Shown one piece after another: positions 20,681 through 30,396 of a DNA stretch of 64,000 nt. The translations under genes were made by a program, and so were the position numbers. The first letter of the stretch is position 1; every line of letters starts with the position of its first letter. The notes under the pieces are model-generated. The model did no database searches and was not told the origin of the DNA. It saw only the letters and a program-made list of their open reading frames with translations. Origin of the DNA: Elusimicrobiota bacterium (lineage in GTDB: Bacteria > Elusimicrobiota > Elusimicrobia > Elusimicrobiales > UBA9959); the NCBI GenBank assembly GCA_037137395.1, contig JBAXKK010000002.1:1-64000 (forward strand). The letters run 5' to 3'.

Positions 20681-21588
20681 CGTCCCGCCTGAAATATGAG
20701 AGCAAGGATAGAAAAGGTTAAAGCGGTCATCAGAAGGTACGGCACTTTAAGAAGACGCAGCCGCCCCATTACGGATTCCACCACGCCCACCGCCGCCGCT
20801 ATAAAAAACATTGCCAATATAAAAGCTCCCGAATCCACCAGCCAGGAGCCGTAGTGCCTCGGCAGAATAACGCAGGCTATAAGCGAACCAAGCGCCCACA
20901 GCTTGAGGGCCTCGCCGTAGAAAATGAAGGCGAGATCCGGTCCGCTATGGTCAAGCACCATAACCTCATGTATCATGGTGAGTTCCAGATGTGTGTTAGG
21001 GTCGTCCACCGGCACCCGGGAATTTTCAGCCAAAAAGACTATAAAAAGGGACGCCGTCACCAGAGTGAGCACGGGCGAGGCCGTAAGCCAGGCCGCCGGG
21101 GTAAGGTTTGAAAATATGCCGGAAAGTGAAAGCCCTCCGCCGCCGCGGGCCAGGGCCGCCAGGGCAAGAAAGAAAGCCGGTTCCGCGAATACGGCAAACT
21201 GCACTTCGCGGCTGGCGCCCATCCCCTCAAAACTTGAACCGGTGTCCAGCGCCGCCAGCACCGTCGCCAGACGCGCCAGCCCCAGCAAATAAACCAGCAG
21301 TATCAGGTCTCCATCGAAAGATAGGAAGGACGGCCTTCCGCCGAATGGAAGAAGCGCCAAGACGCACAGCATAGCGGCCAGCCCGATGATGGGGCCGGCT
21401 CTGAACAACCATGTAGTGGTGCGACTGTATACCGGAATTTTATGAGCCAGTTTATAAAGGTCGAAATATAATTGAAGAACAGGAACGCCGCGCCGGCCGC
21501 CTAAGAAGGCCTTGACCCGATTAATGATACCTGGCAGAAGCGGGGCCAGAACCAATGCCAGGAAATATTGTAAAAACTGTCTCGTCAT
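20677..21588 (-). CDS. hyfC: HyfC/NuoH-like membrane subunit
   Basis: RRGVPVLQLYFDLYKL, SFEGMGASRE and ENSRVPVDDPNTHLELTMIHE motifs. Confidence 0.88.
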   Translation of the reverse strand: MTRQFLQYFLALVLAPLLPGIINRVKAFLGGRRGVPVLQLYFDLYKLAHKIPVYSRTTTWLFRAGPIIGLAAMLCVLALLPFGGRPSFLSFDGDLILLVYLLGLARLATVLAALDTGSSFEGMGASREVQFAVFAEPAFFLALAALARGGGGLSLSGIFSNLTPAAWLTASPVLTLVTASLFIVFLAENSRVPVDDPNTHLELTMIHEVMVLDHSGPDLAFIFYGEALKLWALGSLIACVILPRHYGSWLVDSGAFILAMFFIAAAVGVVESVMGRLRLLKVPYLLMTALTFSILALIFQAGR

Positions 21589-23540
21589 AGTTTCCACACC
21601 AGAAGCGCGATTAGCGCGATCACTATATAAAGGATGTATAACTGAAGACGTCCGTGCTGCAGCCAGGTGTACCGAAAAGCCAGACGTTTTATCTGCGCCC
21701 CGACCGGGCTATAGAGATGGTTATAGAATACCGCGCGCGCTTCGGTGGAGAAGGAGGCCGTGCCCGGGAAATATTCCGCTATGGCGGGGTACGAGCGGGC
21801 CTTGCGGAGCAAAGGCTGGAAGAAATCAGTGAGCGGCTGGGTGAAAGCCGAAGCGCCATACTGCATGCGCGCTGTCAGGGAGGCGTAACCGCAGTCCCAG
21901 GTTACCCCCGGGACAGGCGGCAGACCGCGCGAGAGCGCGCTCCGCAACGCCCAGGCGCACAGGATCAGGGCGATGAGCGTCAAAGCTCCGGCTGAAACAT
22001 AAAGCATATTTACGCCAGCGTCTAGGAGCGGATACGATACAGCCAGAGGCGTTATAGCCGCTGCCAGCGGTTTAAGCAGGAAAGGCGAACACAATCCGAT
22101 AAGTGCGCAGAGCGTAGCGAGCCCGGACATAGCGATCTTCATCATTGTTCCGGCATCATCCAGACTTTCAAAACGATTCTCACGTGGCTCGCCCAAAAAA
22201 ACTGAACCGCCGGCTTTGGCGAAAGCGGCCACAGCCAAAGCCCCGGTAGCAGCCAGGGAAGTTATAACTATCAGGGCCGGGAACGCTGCGCGCGAAGATG
22301 GGCCGATACTATTAAACGCGCCCAGATATATCAGGAACTCGCCGGTGAAACCATTCAGCGGCGGCAGGGCGCAAGCCGCGGCCGAACCGAGGAAGAAAAA
22401 GAAAGCTGTGAAAGGCATCTTCTTTAAAAGTCCGCCTAAATTCTCAAGCTCCAATGTCCCGGCCGAGTGCAGAACTGCCCCGGCGCTCATGAAGAGCAGG
22501 CCTTTAAAAAAAGCGTGGTTGATAACATGCAGGAGGGCGCCGCCGTAACCCAGCGCCGCCAGTAACGGGACGGATCGGGCCTGCCCCAGGACGCCCAAAC
22601 CTATACCCATGGTAATTATTCCCACATTCTCGATACTAGACCAGGCCAGTAGACGCTTAAGGTCGTGCTGAGCCAGGGCGAACAATACTCCGGCCACAGC
22701 CGAAACCGAACCGATAATAATCAGAAGCCATCCCCACCACGCCTCAGGCGCGCCAAGGATTACCAGGACACGCAGAAGGCCGTAGATGCCCATCTTTATC
22801 ATAACCCCGCTCATCACGGCGGAGACATGACTGGGCGCGGCGGGATGCGCTTCGGGCAGCCAGATATGCAAAGGGATAAAGCCCGCTTTCAGACCGAAAC
22901 CAAAAACGGCGAATAGAAAAACCGCTGAGGCCAGCGCCCCGCCGGGCCGGACCATGCTTGAAAAAGCCAAGGAACCGGCCGGAGACGCAAGTAGGGCGAA
23001 CATGAACAGGAGGAAGAGAGCGCCTGAGCCGCCGGCCACAAGGTAGATCAGGCCGGCCTTGCGGACCTGTGGTTTCTCGTGCTCAAAAACCACCAGAGCG
23101 AATGAAGCAGCAGCCATCATTTCCCATCCTATAAGGAAAGGGACCGCGTCAGCCGAAAGCAGCACAAGCACCATGGCGGCGCTTAAAAGATTGAACATGG
23201 CCCAGGCCGCACCCAGCGGTTTTTTGCCGGCCATTGGCTTCAGATAATCTAACCCATAGAGCGCGGCCGCGGCTGTGAGAATGAATACCGGCAAAAGAAA
23301 AATCGCCGAAAGCGGATCCAGCGCCAGCGCAAAAGAACCTATGGGCAGAGAGCAGGGGAACGATAATGTTTCTGTTGCAGGATAAAGAAGTATTTTGACG
23401 GTTGAAATAAGACCGATCAGAGCGGCCAGAACCGCTCCGCCTGCGCCAGCCATGGAAGCTCTCCGCGGATACCGGCCCAGGCTGAGCGCGAGGGCCGCGC
23501 TGAGTATGAGTATAGCCACTGCAACGACAACAGGAAGCAT
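21585..23540 (-). CDS. hyfB: HyfB-like (NuoL/MrpA) proton-translocating subunit
   Basis: GWEMM, KAGFIPLHIWLPEAHPAAPSHVSA, KRLLAWSSIEN, NHAFFKGLLF and WDCGY motifs. Confidence 0.9.
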   Translation of the reverse strand: MLPVVVAVAILILSAALALSLGRYPRRASMAGAGGAVLAALIGLISTVKILLYPATETLSFPCSLPIGSFALALDPLSAIFLLPVFILTAAAALYGLDYLKPMAGKKPLGAAWAMFNLLSAAMVLVLLSADAVPFLIGWEMMAAASFALVVFEHEKPQVRKAGLIYLVAGGSGALFLLFMFALLASPAGSLAFSSMVRPGGALASAVFLFAVFGFGLKAGFIPLHIWLPEAHPAAPSHVSAVMSGVMIKMGIYGLLRVLVILGAPEAWWGWLLIIIGSVSAVAGVLFALAQHDLKRLLAWSSIENVGIITMGIGLGVLGQARSVPLLAALGYGGALLHVINHAFFKGLLFMSAGAVLHSAGTLELENLGGLLKKMPFTAFFFFLGSAAACALPPLNGFTGEFLIYLGAFNSIGPSSRAAFPALIVITSLAATGALAVAAFAKAGGSVFLGEPRENRFESLDDAGTMMKIAMSGLATLCALIGLCSPFLLKPLAAAITPLAVSYPLLDAGVNMLYVSAGALTLIALILCAWALRSALSRGLPPVPGVTWDCGYASLTARMQYGASAFTQPLTDFFQPLLRKARSYPAIAEYFPGTASFSTEARAVFYNHLYSPVGAQIKRLAFRYTWLQHGRLQLYILYIVIALIALLVWKL

Positions 23541-23843
23541 AATCGTAGAACTGCCCTTAAATTAGATTTTTTAAGAATACCGGGCCGTGAGGTGGCTGAA
23601 ACTTGTCCATCGAATGCTAATTGCGGCTCTGAGGCTGTGAACACATCAAAACGCCTCTTATTCAATATATGACAAAATGCCGGAGCTTGTCAATTTCAAG
23701 ACAGCGCGGCAGTACGACAGCGGGAAAGCGCGACAGGGTACAACAGTGGTCGGTTACCGTTCCAACCAATCCTCCAGTCCTCTGGTCCTCCTATCGCTTT
23801 ATCTACTGTCCACTAACCACTCGCCAACTAGTCACTGTCTCAT

Positions 23844-24665
23844 TCAATCCGGGGCGCTGAAGCCGCAGGTGGCGCAATAAGAGGGCATTGCCGTATGCCC
23901 GGCGATACTATCACGCAGAATGGGTACGGCCGGGCCGCTCAGAATATCGGCCAGCGGCTTTTTATTTATATTTCCGATAGCGAGCCGGCCGTCATGATCC
24001 GCGCAGCACGGAACCACTTCTCCGGTGGAAAGTATCGCGAAGTGATGCCGCAGGCCAAGGCAACCTTTATTAGTCTTGCCTGGCCCCCGGCCCGGCCAGT
24101 CAAACAGTTCACCGAAATTCAGATAAACATTATCGCGCAGCGTTACCGCGCGACCATGTTCTTCTGGGTTCACGCGCCCCGGGAAAGAATTTAAAACGAA
24201 ATCCGACGCCTCCTTTACAAAAGGGTCATCCATCACACCCCTCAAACGGAAACCCACGATCAGGCGGTCCGGTTTTACCGCGGCGAACTCCGTTAAGCGC
24301 CGCAATTTTTCCGCCCTGATGCCGGAAGGCAGCGCGGCAAGGGCGTGCAGTGAAAATGAGACCTGCACCAGGCATCTTTCTGCAAATACAGCGGGACCGA
24401 ATTTATCAAGCAGCGTACCATTGGTCACAAGGTTGACGGAAAGGCCAAGACGCGAACAAATATTCAGTATCTCCGGGAACCGCGGATGCATAAAAGGCTC
24501 GCCCAACACATGAAGAGAAATAACTCTGGCGAACGGCTTAACCTGAACAGCGATATCCTCAAAAGCTCCCGGCGCCATGCAAACGGCCGGGCGCGAAGAA
24601 ACCGCGCAAAACCCGCACGACAGGTTACACTCGTTGGTTATCTCTATAAATGCCCGTCTGAACAT
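23844..24665 (-). CDS. Radical SAM/SPASM domain protein
   Basis: CNLSCGFC and LGEPFMHP motifs; SPASM-like CLG...GEVVPCCAD...IGNI...CATC. Confidence 0.85.
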   Translation of the reverse strand: MFRRAFIEITNECNLSCGFCAVSSRPAVCMAPGAFEDIAVQVKPFARVISLHVLGEPFMHPRFPEILNICSRLGLSVNLVTNGTLLDKFGPAVFAERCLVQVSFSLHALAALPSGIRAEKLRRLTEFAAVKPDRLIVGFRLRGVMDDPFVKEASDFVLNSFPGRVNPEEHGRAVTLRDNVYLNFGELFDWPGRGPGKTNKGCLGLRHHFAILSTGEVVPCCADHDGRLAIGNINKKPLADILSGPAVPILRDSIAGHTAMPSYCATCGFSAPD

Positions 24666-24695
24666 TTTCCCGCTTTATCCCATTATTATTAAATC

Positions 24696-24721
24696 GAAAG
24701 GCCCCTTTGACGGGGCCTTTC
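24696..24721 (-). terminator. Hairpin downstream of the ComEC-like gene
   Basis: GAAAGGCCCC-TTTGAC-GGGGCCTTTC inverted repeat. Confidence 0.6.
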
Positions 24722-24744
24722 CGGCTATTTGGCTCTGGTGAATT

Positions 24745-25731
24745 TTATTTAAACGCACCTTCAGGAGCGGCATAATCCTCCAGCTGCATCATGGCGGGCG
24801 AGTCCAACCTGGCATCCATGCGCCCATCCGGAGTCCAGGTAAGCGTCATATCCTCAAACTTCTGTTCAGCCGTCACGCCAGCCCCATTGAATACCGGCTC
24901 AACAGGGAAGGATTGGCCCCTTTTCGGGGCTGGAATGGTGAAAGACTGCGTGCCGCCGGTAGTGTAAAGAATCTTAGCGCCGGTCGCCCTCAGGCGTTGC
25001 AGCGCCTCCAGGTGGGGATGGCCGTAAGTATTATCCATTCCGTATGAGATATAGGCGTATTTCGGCTGAACGCGCGCCAGGAACTTTTCGGTGGAGGAAT
25101 ACCGCGACCCGTGATGTGAAACCTTCAGGACAGACGAATTGAGCCCGGATTTGAAGACACGCATCATAGCGTTCTCGATGGCTGCCTCAGCGTCGCCCAT
25201 GAAGAGCAGTCCGTTGCCGTTATAATAAAATCTTATCGCCAGAGAACAGTTGTTGATCTCATCGTTATTGCGGCTCACCATGGGTTCAGAACAGGAATTA
25301 AGCACTTTTACAGTTACCTGGGGATCCCACTTTAATTCAGTGCCGGCCTCGGGGAAATGTGTCATACAGCCGGGTTCGGCGTCGGCGAGCTCGCGTAGGT
25401 TATTGTCTCCCTTGGCGTCAATATTCTCAGCCCTTGTGTCGTAAAAATTCTTAACGTCCGCGATCGCGAACACTTTTTTAAGACCCCGGTAATGGTCGCT
25501 GTGCGGGTGCGTCAGCACCACATGATCTATCTTAGTGACGCCTTTCGCTTTTAAGAAATCATAAATCGGTTCGCCTGACGGGCCGCCGTCTATCAGAACA
25601 TTGGCGCCCGACGGCAGTTCGATGTAAATTGCGTCACCCTGCCCGACGTTAATAATATATGCGTTAAGTTGTGCCCGTAGGTTGGAGGCGCTGAAGAGAA
25701 GAACCATCAGAAGGGTTAGGCGTTTAAGCAT
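24745..25731 (-). CDS. Secreted ComEC/Rec2-type MBL-fold hydrolase (stand-alone domain)
   Basis: Signal peptide; VGQGDAI, LIDGG, THPHSDH, NNCS, MGDAE, KVSHHGS and YGHPH motifs; no ComEC membrane domain. Confidence 0.85.
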   Translation of the reverse strand: MLKRLTLLMVLLFSASNLRAQLNAYIINVGQGDAIYIELPSGANVLIDGGPSGEPIYDFLKAKGVTKIDHVVLTHPHSDHYRGLKKVFAIADVKNFYDTRAENIDAKGDNNLRELADAEPGCMTHFPEAGTELKWDPQVTVKVLNSCSEPMVSRNNDEINNCSLAIRFYYNGNGLLFMGDAEAAIENAMMRVFKSGLNSSVLKVSHHGSRYSSTEKFLARVQPKYAYISYGMDNTYGHPHLEALQRLRATGAKILYTTGGTQSFTIPAPKRGQSFPVEPVFNGAGVTAEQKFEDMTLTWTPDGRMDARLDSPAMMQLEDYAAPEGAFK

Positions 25732-25771
25732 GTTTCTCTTGCTGCCGGCTTATCATAAATCTCAGTACATC

Positions 25772-25818
25772 ATACTACATCTTGTGGAGAACCGAAAATA
25801 GTATACCACATCTTGTGG
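25772..25818. promoter_or_regulatory. Tandem NrdR-box-like sites
   Basis: ATACTACATCTTGTGG (25772-25787) and ATACCACATCTTGTGG (25803-25818), 31 bp start to start; both match the conserved positions of acaCwAtATaTwGtg. Confidence 0.75.
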
Positions 25819-25974
25819 TAAATTACACCACTGCGACAGGCTGCTAAATCAACAATATACCTTACTACGCACACCGCAGCATTAAAAGGGCCAAAAGGCC
25901 CAAATTCCGATTAACAAAAGACCCACCGCCCCCCCTTCAATAAAAGCCACTCGGGGCAGCCTGGCCGGAACGGC

Positions 25975-26772
25975 TCAAAACCTTACCGCTGCCAAGGCGC
26001 CGGAAAAGTCCGGACCGAAAACGGGGACAATGTACACACTCTTAACGGAGCCCCCGCCTCTTCTAAACATAACCGTCCGCCCGGTTGCAACACCCAAAAT
26101 CGCCCCAAAAAAAACATCTGAGGCCCAATGCTTGTCGGAATATACCCGTTGAAGCGCCGTGGCCGACGCCGCGCCGTAGGCGACTATACCCACCCACGGA
26201 GAATCGTAACGCCCGGCAAAAACAGAAGCCACGGAAAAAGCGCTTGTGGTATGCCCTGAAGGGAAAGACGTATGAACAGTCTTGAAAGTGAAAGGTTTGA
26301 AAGCGCGCTTTCCTTCTTCGCCATAAGGCCTCGCTCTTCCGACAGAGTACTTCAGCACCGTCCCTATCGCGTTGGCGGCAAGAAAAGATTCCGCAGCCAG
26401 CATCGAGGTGTCCTTCAATTTATCGTTTTTTAACGCGTAACCGGCGCCGGCGAAAGCGCCCAGCATAACCAGTTCATAGCCTCCGTTACCGATCTTTTCG
26501 GCCTGTGTGGCGACACGATTAAGAGACGATGTCTTGTTATTTCGGGCCAAACGCCGTATCTGGCCGTCAAAAGAATAAATAATAGCGCCGGCTCCCAGAA
26601 GGCTGCCGGCCAGATAAGCGGCGGGGGCGTCCGACAGGCGCGCCGGCGCTGACTGTATATACTCTATATCCTTAACGGCGTTAGTGACGGGGTTTCCGTC
26701 ATAGGTGTAAGAAACGGAAGGGAGGCAAAGTATGATGGCCGACCAAAAAAAACGCGCGGATGGGATAGCCAT
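25975..26772 (-). CDS. PAP2 family phosphatase
   Basis: KYSVGRARP, SFPSGHT and QRVYSDKHWASDV motifs. Confidence 0.88.
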   Translation of the reverse strand: MAIPSARFFWSAIILCLPSVSYTYDGNPVTNAVKDIEYIQSAPARLSDAPAAYLAGSLLGAGAIIYSFDGQIRRLARNNKTSSLNRVATQAEKIGNGGYELVMLGAFAGAGYALKNDKLKDTSMLAAESFLAANAIGTVLKYSVGRARPYGEEGKRAFKPFTFKTVHTSFPSGHTTSAFSVASVFAGRYDSPWVGIVAYGAASATALQRVYSDKHWASDVFFGAILGVATGRTVMFRRGGGSVKSVYIVPVFGPDFSGALAAVRF

Positions 26773-26789
26773 GTAAGTATTATACCAAT

Positions 26790-26824
26790 AAAAAAACCGG
26801 CCCCTTTTACGGGGCCGGTTAAAA
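26790..26824 (-). terminator. Intrinsic terminator of the RRM gene
   Basis: AACCGGCCCC-TTTTAC-GGGGCCGGTT hairpin with a T-run on the minus strand. Confidence 0.8.
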
Positions 26825-26851
26825 CTTCAATTGTGAAATTTTAGGGCTGGT

Positions 26852-27211
26852 TTACCAGCGATTACCGCCGCCGCGATTACCACCGGCGCCGCCGCCGCGA
26901 TTACCGCCGCCTGCGCCGCCGCGTCCGCCGCCGAAACCACCGCGGGAGCCGCCATCGCGGGCTTCCATCGGCCGGGCTTCATTGACGGTCAGCTTGCGGC
27001 CTTCCATGTCGGAGCCGTTAAGCTTCTCGATGGCAGCCATCGCTTCTTCGTCATTGGACATTTCCACGAAGCCGAAGCCCCGGGACTGACCGCTGAACTT
27101 ATCGGTGATGACTTTAGCGCTGGTGACTGCGCCGTGCGCCGCGAAAACCGCGCTCAGCTGCTCGTCATTGGCTGAAAAAGGCAGACCGCCCACATATATT
27201 CTCTTGCTCAT
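26852..27211 (-). CDS. RRM RNA-binding protein with Gly-rich tail (copy 1)
   Basis: RNP2 IYVGGL and RNP1 RGFGFVEM motifs; RGG tail. Confidence 0.95.
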   Translation of the reverse strand: MSKRIYVGGLPFSANDEQLSAVFAAHGAVTSAKVITDKFSGQSRGFGFVEMSNDEEAMAAIEKLNGSDMEGRKLTVNEARPMEARDGGSRGGFGGGRGGAGGGNRGGGAGGNRGGGNRW

Positions 27212-27463
27212 TGTATTCTATCCTCCTAGCATTTCAAACAAACCGTAAAACCCATTCGCTCTGCGCGCCCTTACCGAAGTTGCTAGGTCAGATAGCGCAA
27301 CCAAATTCGATTTCCGGAATGCTGTTATAGATAGTATGACATAACTCCGGGGAAAAAGCAAGTTAAAAAACCGGTCCCCCATTTCTTGCAAAATGACGAA
27401 CCGGTTAAAATTTCTATCATGGCCATATAAAATGCGGCCATAGGCTGGAAATTTCAGGCTAGT

Positions 27464-27790
27464 TTACCAGCGGTTAAACCCGCCGCCGGAACCGCCGCGG
27501 TTGCCGCCGCCTGCGCCGCCACGGGAGCCGCCATCGCGGGCTTCCATCGGCCGGGCTTCATTGACGGTCAGCTTGCGGCCTTCCATGTCGGAGCCGTTAA
27601 GCTTCTCGATGGCAGCCATCGCTTCTTCGTCATTGGACATTTCCACGAAGCCGAAGCCCCGGGACTGACCGCTGAACTTATCGGTGATGACTTTAGCGCT
27701 GGTGACTGCGCCGTGCGCCGCGAAAACCGCGCTCAGCTGCTCGTCATTGGCTGAAAAAGGCAGACCGCCCACATATATTCTCTTGCTCAT
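27464..27790 (-). CDS. RRM RNA-binding protein with Gly-rich tail (copy 2)
   Basis: Same RRM domain as copy 1, with a shorter tail. Confidence 0.95.
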   Translation of the reverse strand: MSKRIYVGGLPFSANDEQLSAVFAAHGAVTSAKVITDKFSGQSRGFGFVEMSNDEEAMAAIEKLNGSDMEGRKLTVNEARPMEARDGGSRGGAGGGNRGGSGGGFNRW

Positions 27791-27894
27791 TGTATTCTAT
27801 CCTCCTAGCATTTCAAATAAACCGTAAAATTTCAGTGGCACTGTTAGTGATACTATATCATATTTAAATGGAGTGAAGAGAGGAAGCCGTACCC

Positions 27895-28344
27895 CTATAC
27901 TCCGATGTCTTCGTTCCAGAGTTCCGGCTTTTCCCTTATAAAACCTTCCATCAACCCGTAGCAATCCGGCAGATCCAGGTTTATTAACTTAACAAACTTT
28001 TTAGAATAGTTCTCCGGGCCCTTAAAAGTCCGATTCTCGCCTATTACAACAACAGGAATCTTATAAAGCAGGATGGCCCCGGTGCACATGGGGCAGGGCG
28101 AAAGCGTGGAATAGATAACACAGCTGGCGTAATCGGAAGCCTTTAACCGACCGGCGTTTTCAAGGCAGTCCATTTCGGCGTGAAGTATGGCTGATTTTTT
28201 CTGCACGCGCCGATTATGCCCACGGCCTATAATCCTGCCATCCTTAACAAGCACAGAACCAATAGGGATGCCGCCCTCTTTAAGCCCTTTGCGGGCCTCC
28301 TTTAAAGCTTCCTTCATAAATTTAAGGTACTCTTGTTTTGTCAT
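27895..28344 (-). CDS. Nucleoside/cytosine deaminase (CDA/TadA fold)
   Basis: HAEMDC and SPCPMC zinc motifs; C-terminal WNEDIG typical of small cytosine deaminases. Confidence 0.88.
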   Translation of the reverse strand: MTKQEYLKFMKEALKEARKGLKEGGIPIGSVLVKDGRIIGRGHNRRVQKKSAILHAEMDCLENAGRLKASDYASCVIYSTLSPCPMCTGAILLYKIPVVVIGENRTFKGPENYSKKFVKLINLDLPDCYGLMEGFIREKPELWNEDIGV

Positions 28345-28439
28345 ATAAATTCCGCCTCTTTAAATTTTTGAATTTTTGATACCATTTTATTATAGAATAT
28401 TGGCAACACGAGGATAACACCGCTTTTCACACTACTATT

Positions 28440-30377
28440 ATGACCACACAAACAAAGGGCAAAAAGCAAAACTTAATTTCCGACACGGTCCGGTCCGTTT
28501 CGGTCGTCCATTTAATGCCAGGCGACTTTCACGGCGCCAGACTCACTAATTTTGAGCCCGCGAATCTGCCGAACGGTGCGCTGAAAACCGTGAAAAACAA
28601 TTCCAAACCTGTGACAGCGGTACTCATTTCCGCGCCGATCAAAACAGCCTTTCCATTTACCCAGGCCCTGGCCGGCGCCAACGCCTCTCTGGGCCCGAAG
28701 GACCGGCTCGAGCTGGCCCTGCAGGTATATGACAAACGCGGCTGGAGTCCGTGGTTCGAGTTCGGCAGCTTCAGCCCGGACGGGGAAACCGGCAGCGTCA
28801 AAAACCAGCAGAATCGTTTCGGAAGCATGGCGACGGACATCATCAATCTCTCCTCGGCATCTGAATATCTTCGCTACCGCGTGACGATCAAATCCGCTGC
28901 CGGTTCCACGGCGTTCTTTCGCATGGCATCAGTCACCTATACCAACACCTCAGCGGGATACAATGAAGCGTCCGCCGTTAAAAAACACGCCTCCTTTAAA
29001 CCCGTGCTACTGAATGTCCCTAAATGTTCCCAGATGACGCAGCGGGTCAGCTACCGCAGAGATATCTGCAGTCCGACCTCGGTTACGATGATCCTTAACC
29101 ACTTTGGCATTAAGACGCGGGTACTGGATACTGCATCCGGCGTCCGCGATACCGCTGAAAACAATTACGGCAACTGGACTTTTAACACCATGTACGCCGG
29201 AGCGTTAGGCCTTTACGCCTGGCCAACGCGTTTCAACTCGTTGGAGGAAGCGCGCGGTTATCTGGCCGCGGGCATCCCGCTGGCAGCCAGCGTCACCTTC
29301 GGCCCGGATGAGCTGAGAAAATCACCGCTTAAGAAAACAGCCGGGCATCTCCTGGTAATAAAAGGTTTTGACGCTAAGGGGAATGTTTTGGTCAATGACC
29401 CGGCCGCGGCGGATAAAAACACCGTGGGACGCGTCTATGACCGAAAAGAGTTCGCTAAAGCATGGCTTAAAAATAAATCCGGCACGGCCTATATCCTGGC
29501 TCCGCTGGAGCGCCTCCCCCTCACGGTGCGAAATCCTCTGGCCGAACTTTTCTCCATGCCGCCGGATTCTAAAAAAAAAAGCGATAAATTAAAACTTATA
29601 GAGAGCCAGATACTTCCGCTTGAAGGATTGGAGTACAGAGGTTCGCGCGGCGCCTGGCTGGAAGTAGCCGCATTGGAGCAAATCCGGAGAAAAAACCGGG
29701 GCGACAAAACATTCACGCCCTATCTCGGCTGGATAGAGGCCCGACTTGCTGTTTTCCGTCACCCGACCGAACCGGACGCCATGGTCAGAAGCAAAAGGGC
29801 GCCGCTCAAAGAAGGCGCCGTGGAGGAACTCTCGATAGGCGCGCGGGTTCAAATACTCGACTGGGATAACCGATTCTTCGCACGGATTCTAAAGCCCGAA
29901 GGAGACACGGGGCTGATACATAAAAAAAACCTGAACCTTATTCCCATAAATATCAAACCCGCCGGCCTGCGCAAAAAAATACTCGGCACCGCACGGCAAT
30001 TTTTAGGTGATAAGTATTATTGGGGCGGCCGCTCCGGCTACGGCATAGACTGCTCGGGCCTGGTAAACATCGCCTACCGCGTCTGGGGATTTGACCTGCC
30101 GCGCAACGCTCGTGACCAACAGAATTTCGGGCGCCCTGCGGCGCGCAAGGAACTTAGGCCCGCCGACCTCATCTTCTCCACTGAGAGAAATAATCACAAT
30201 AACATAAACCACGTTATGCTTTACTCCGGCGGCGGGAGGATTATCGAGGCCACGCAGGACACCGGCTCCGTGCGCGAGGTCACCTTCAAAGACAAGTTCG
30301 GCCTGGATCTCTCCGAGATAAATAACGGCCAGGTCGTAAACGGCAAAAAAATATATTTCAGGACAATACTCAAATAA
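28440..30377 (+). CDS. C39-like peptidase domain fused to an NlpC/P60 (C40) domain
   Basis: ICSPTS...GHLLVIKGF...VNDP (C39-like); YYWGG, GIDCSG and HVMLY (NlpC/P60). Confidence 0.82.
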   Translation: MTTQTKGKKQNLISDTVRSVSVVHLMPGDFHGARLTNFEPANLPNGALKTVKNNSKPVTAVLISAPIKTAFPFTQALAGANASLGPKDRLELALQVYDKRGWSPWFEFGSFSPDGETGSVKNQQNRFGSMATDIINLSSASEYLRYRVTIKSAAGSTAFFRMASVTYTNTSAGYNEASAVKKHASFKPVLLNVPKCSQMTQRVSYRRDICSPTSVTMILNHFGIKTRVLDTASGVRDTAENNYGNWTFNTMYAGALGLYAWPTRFNSLEEARGYLAAGIPLAASVTFGPDELRKSPLKKTAGHLLVIKGFDAKGNVLVNDPAAADKNTVGRVYDRKEFAKAWLKNKSGTAYILAPLERLPLTVRNPLAELFSMPPDSKKKSDKLKLIESQILPLEGLEYRGSRGAWLEVAALEQIRRKNRGDKTFTPYLGWIEARLAVFRHPTEPDAMVRSKRAPLKEGAVEELSIGARVQILDWDNRFFARILKPEGDTGLIHKKNLNLIPINIKPAGLRKKILGTARQFLGDKYYWGGRSGYGIDCSGLVNIAYRVWGFDLPRNARDQQNFGRPAARKELRPADLIFSTERNNHNNINHVMLYSGGGRIIEATQDTGSVREVTFKDKFGLDLSEINNGQVVNGKKIYFRTILK

Positions 30378-30396
30378 CAGGCGAGACAAACTTTTT

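Noticed and set aside
23541..23700. Fluoride riboswitch upstream of the hyf-like operon
   Set aside because: No GAUGG..UUCRCC / GCURAUGAC core was recognised by eye; an Infernal scan would settle it.
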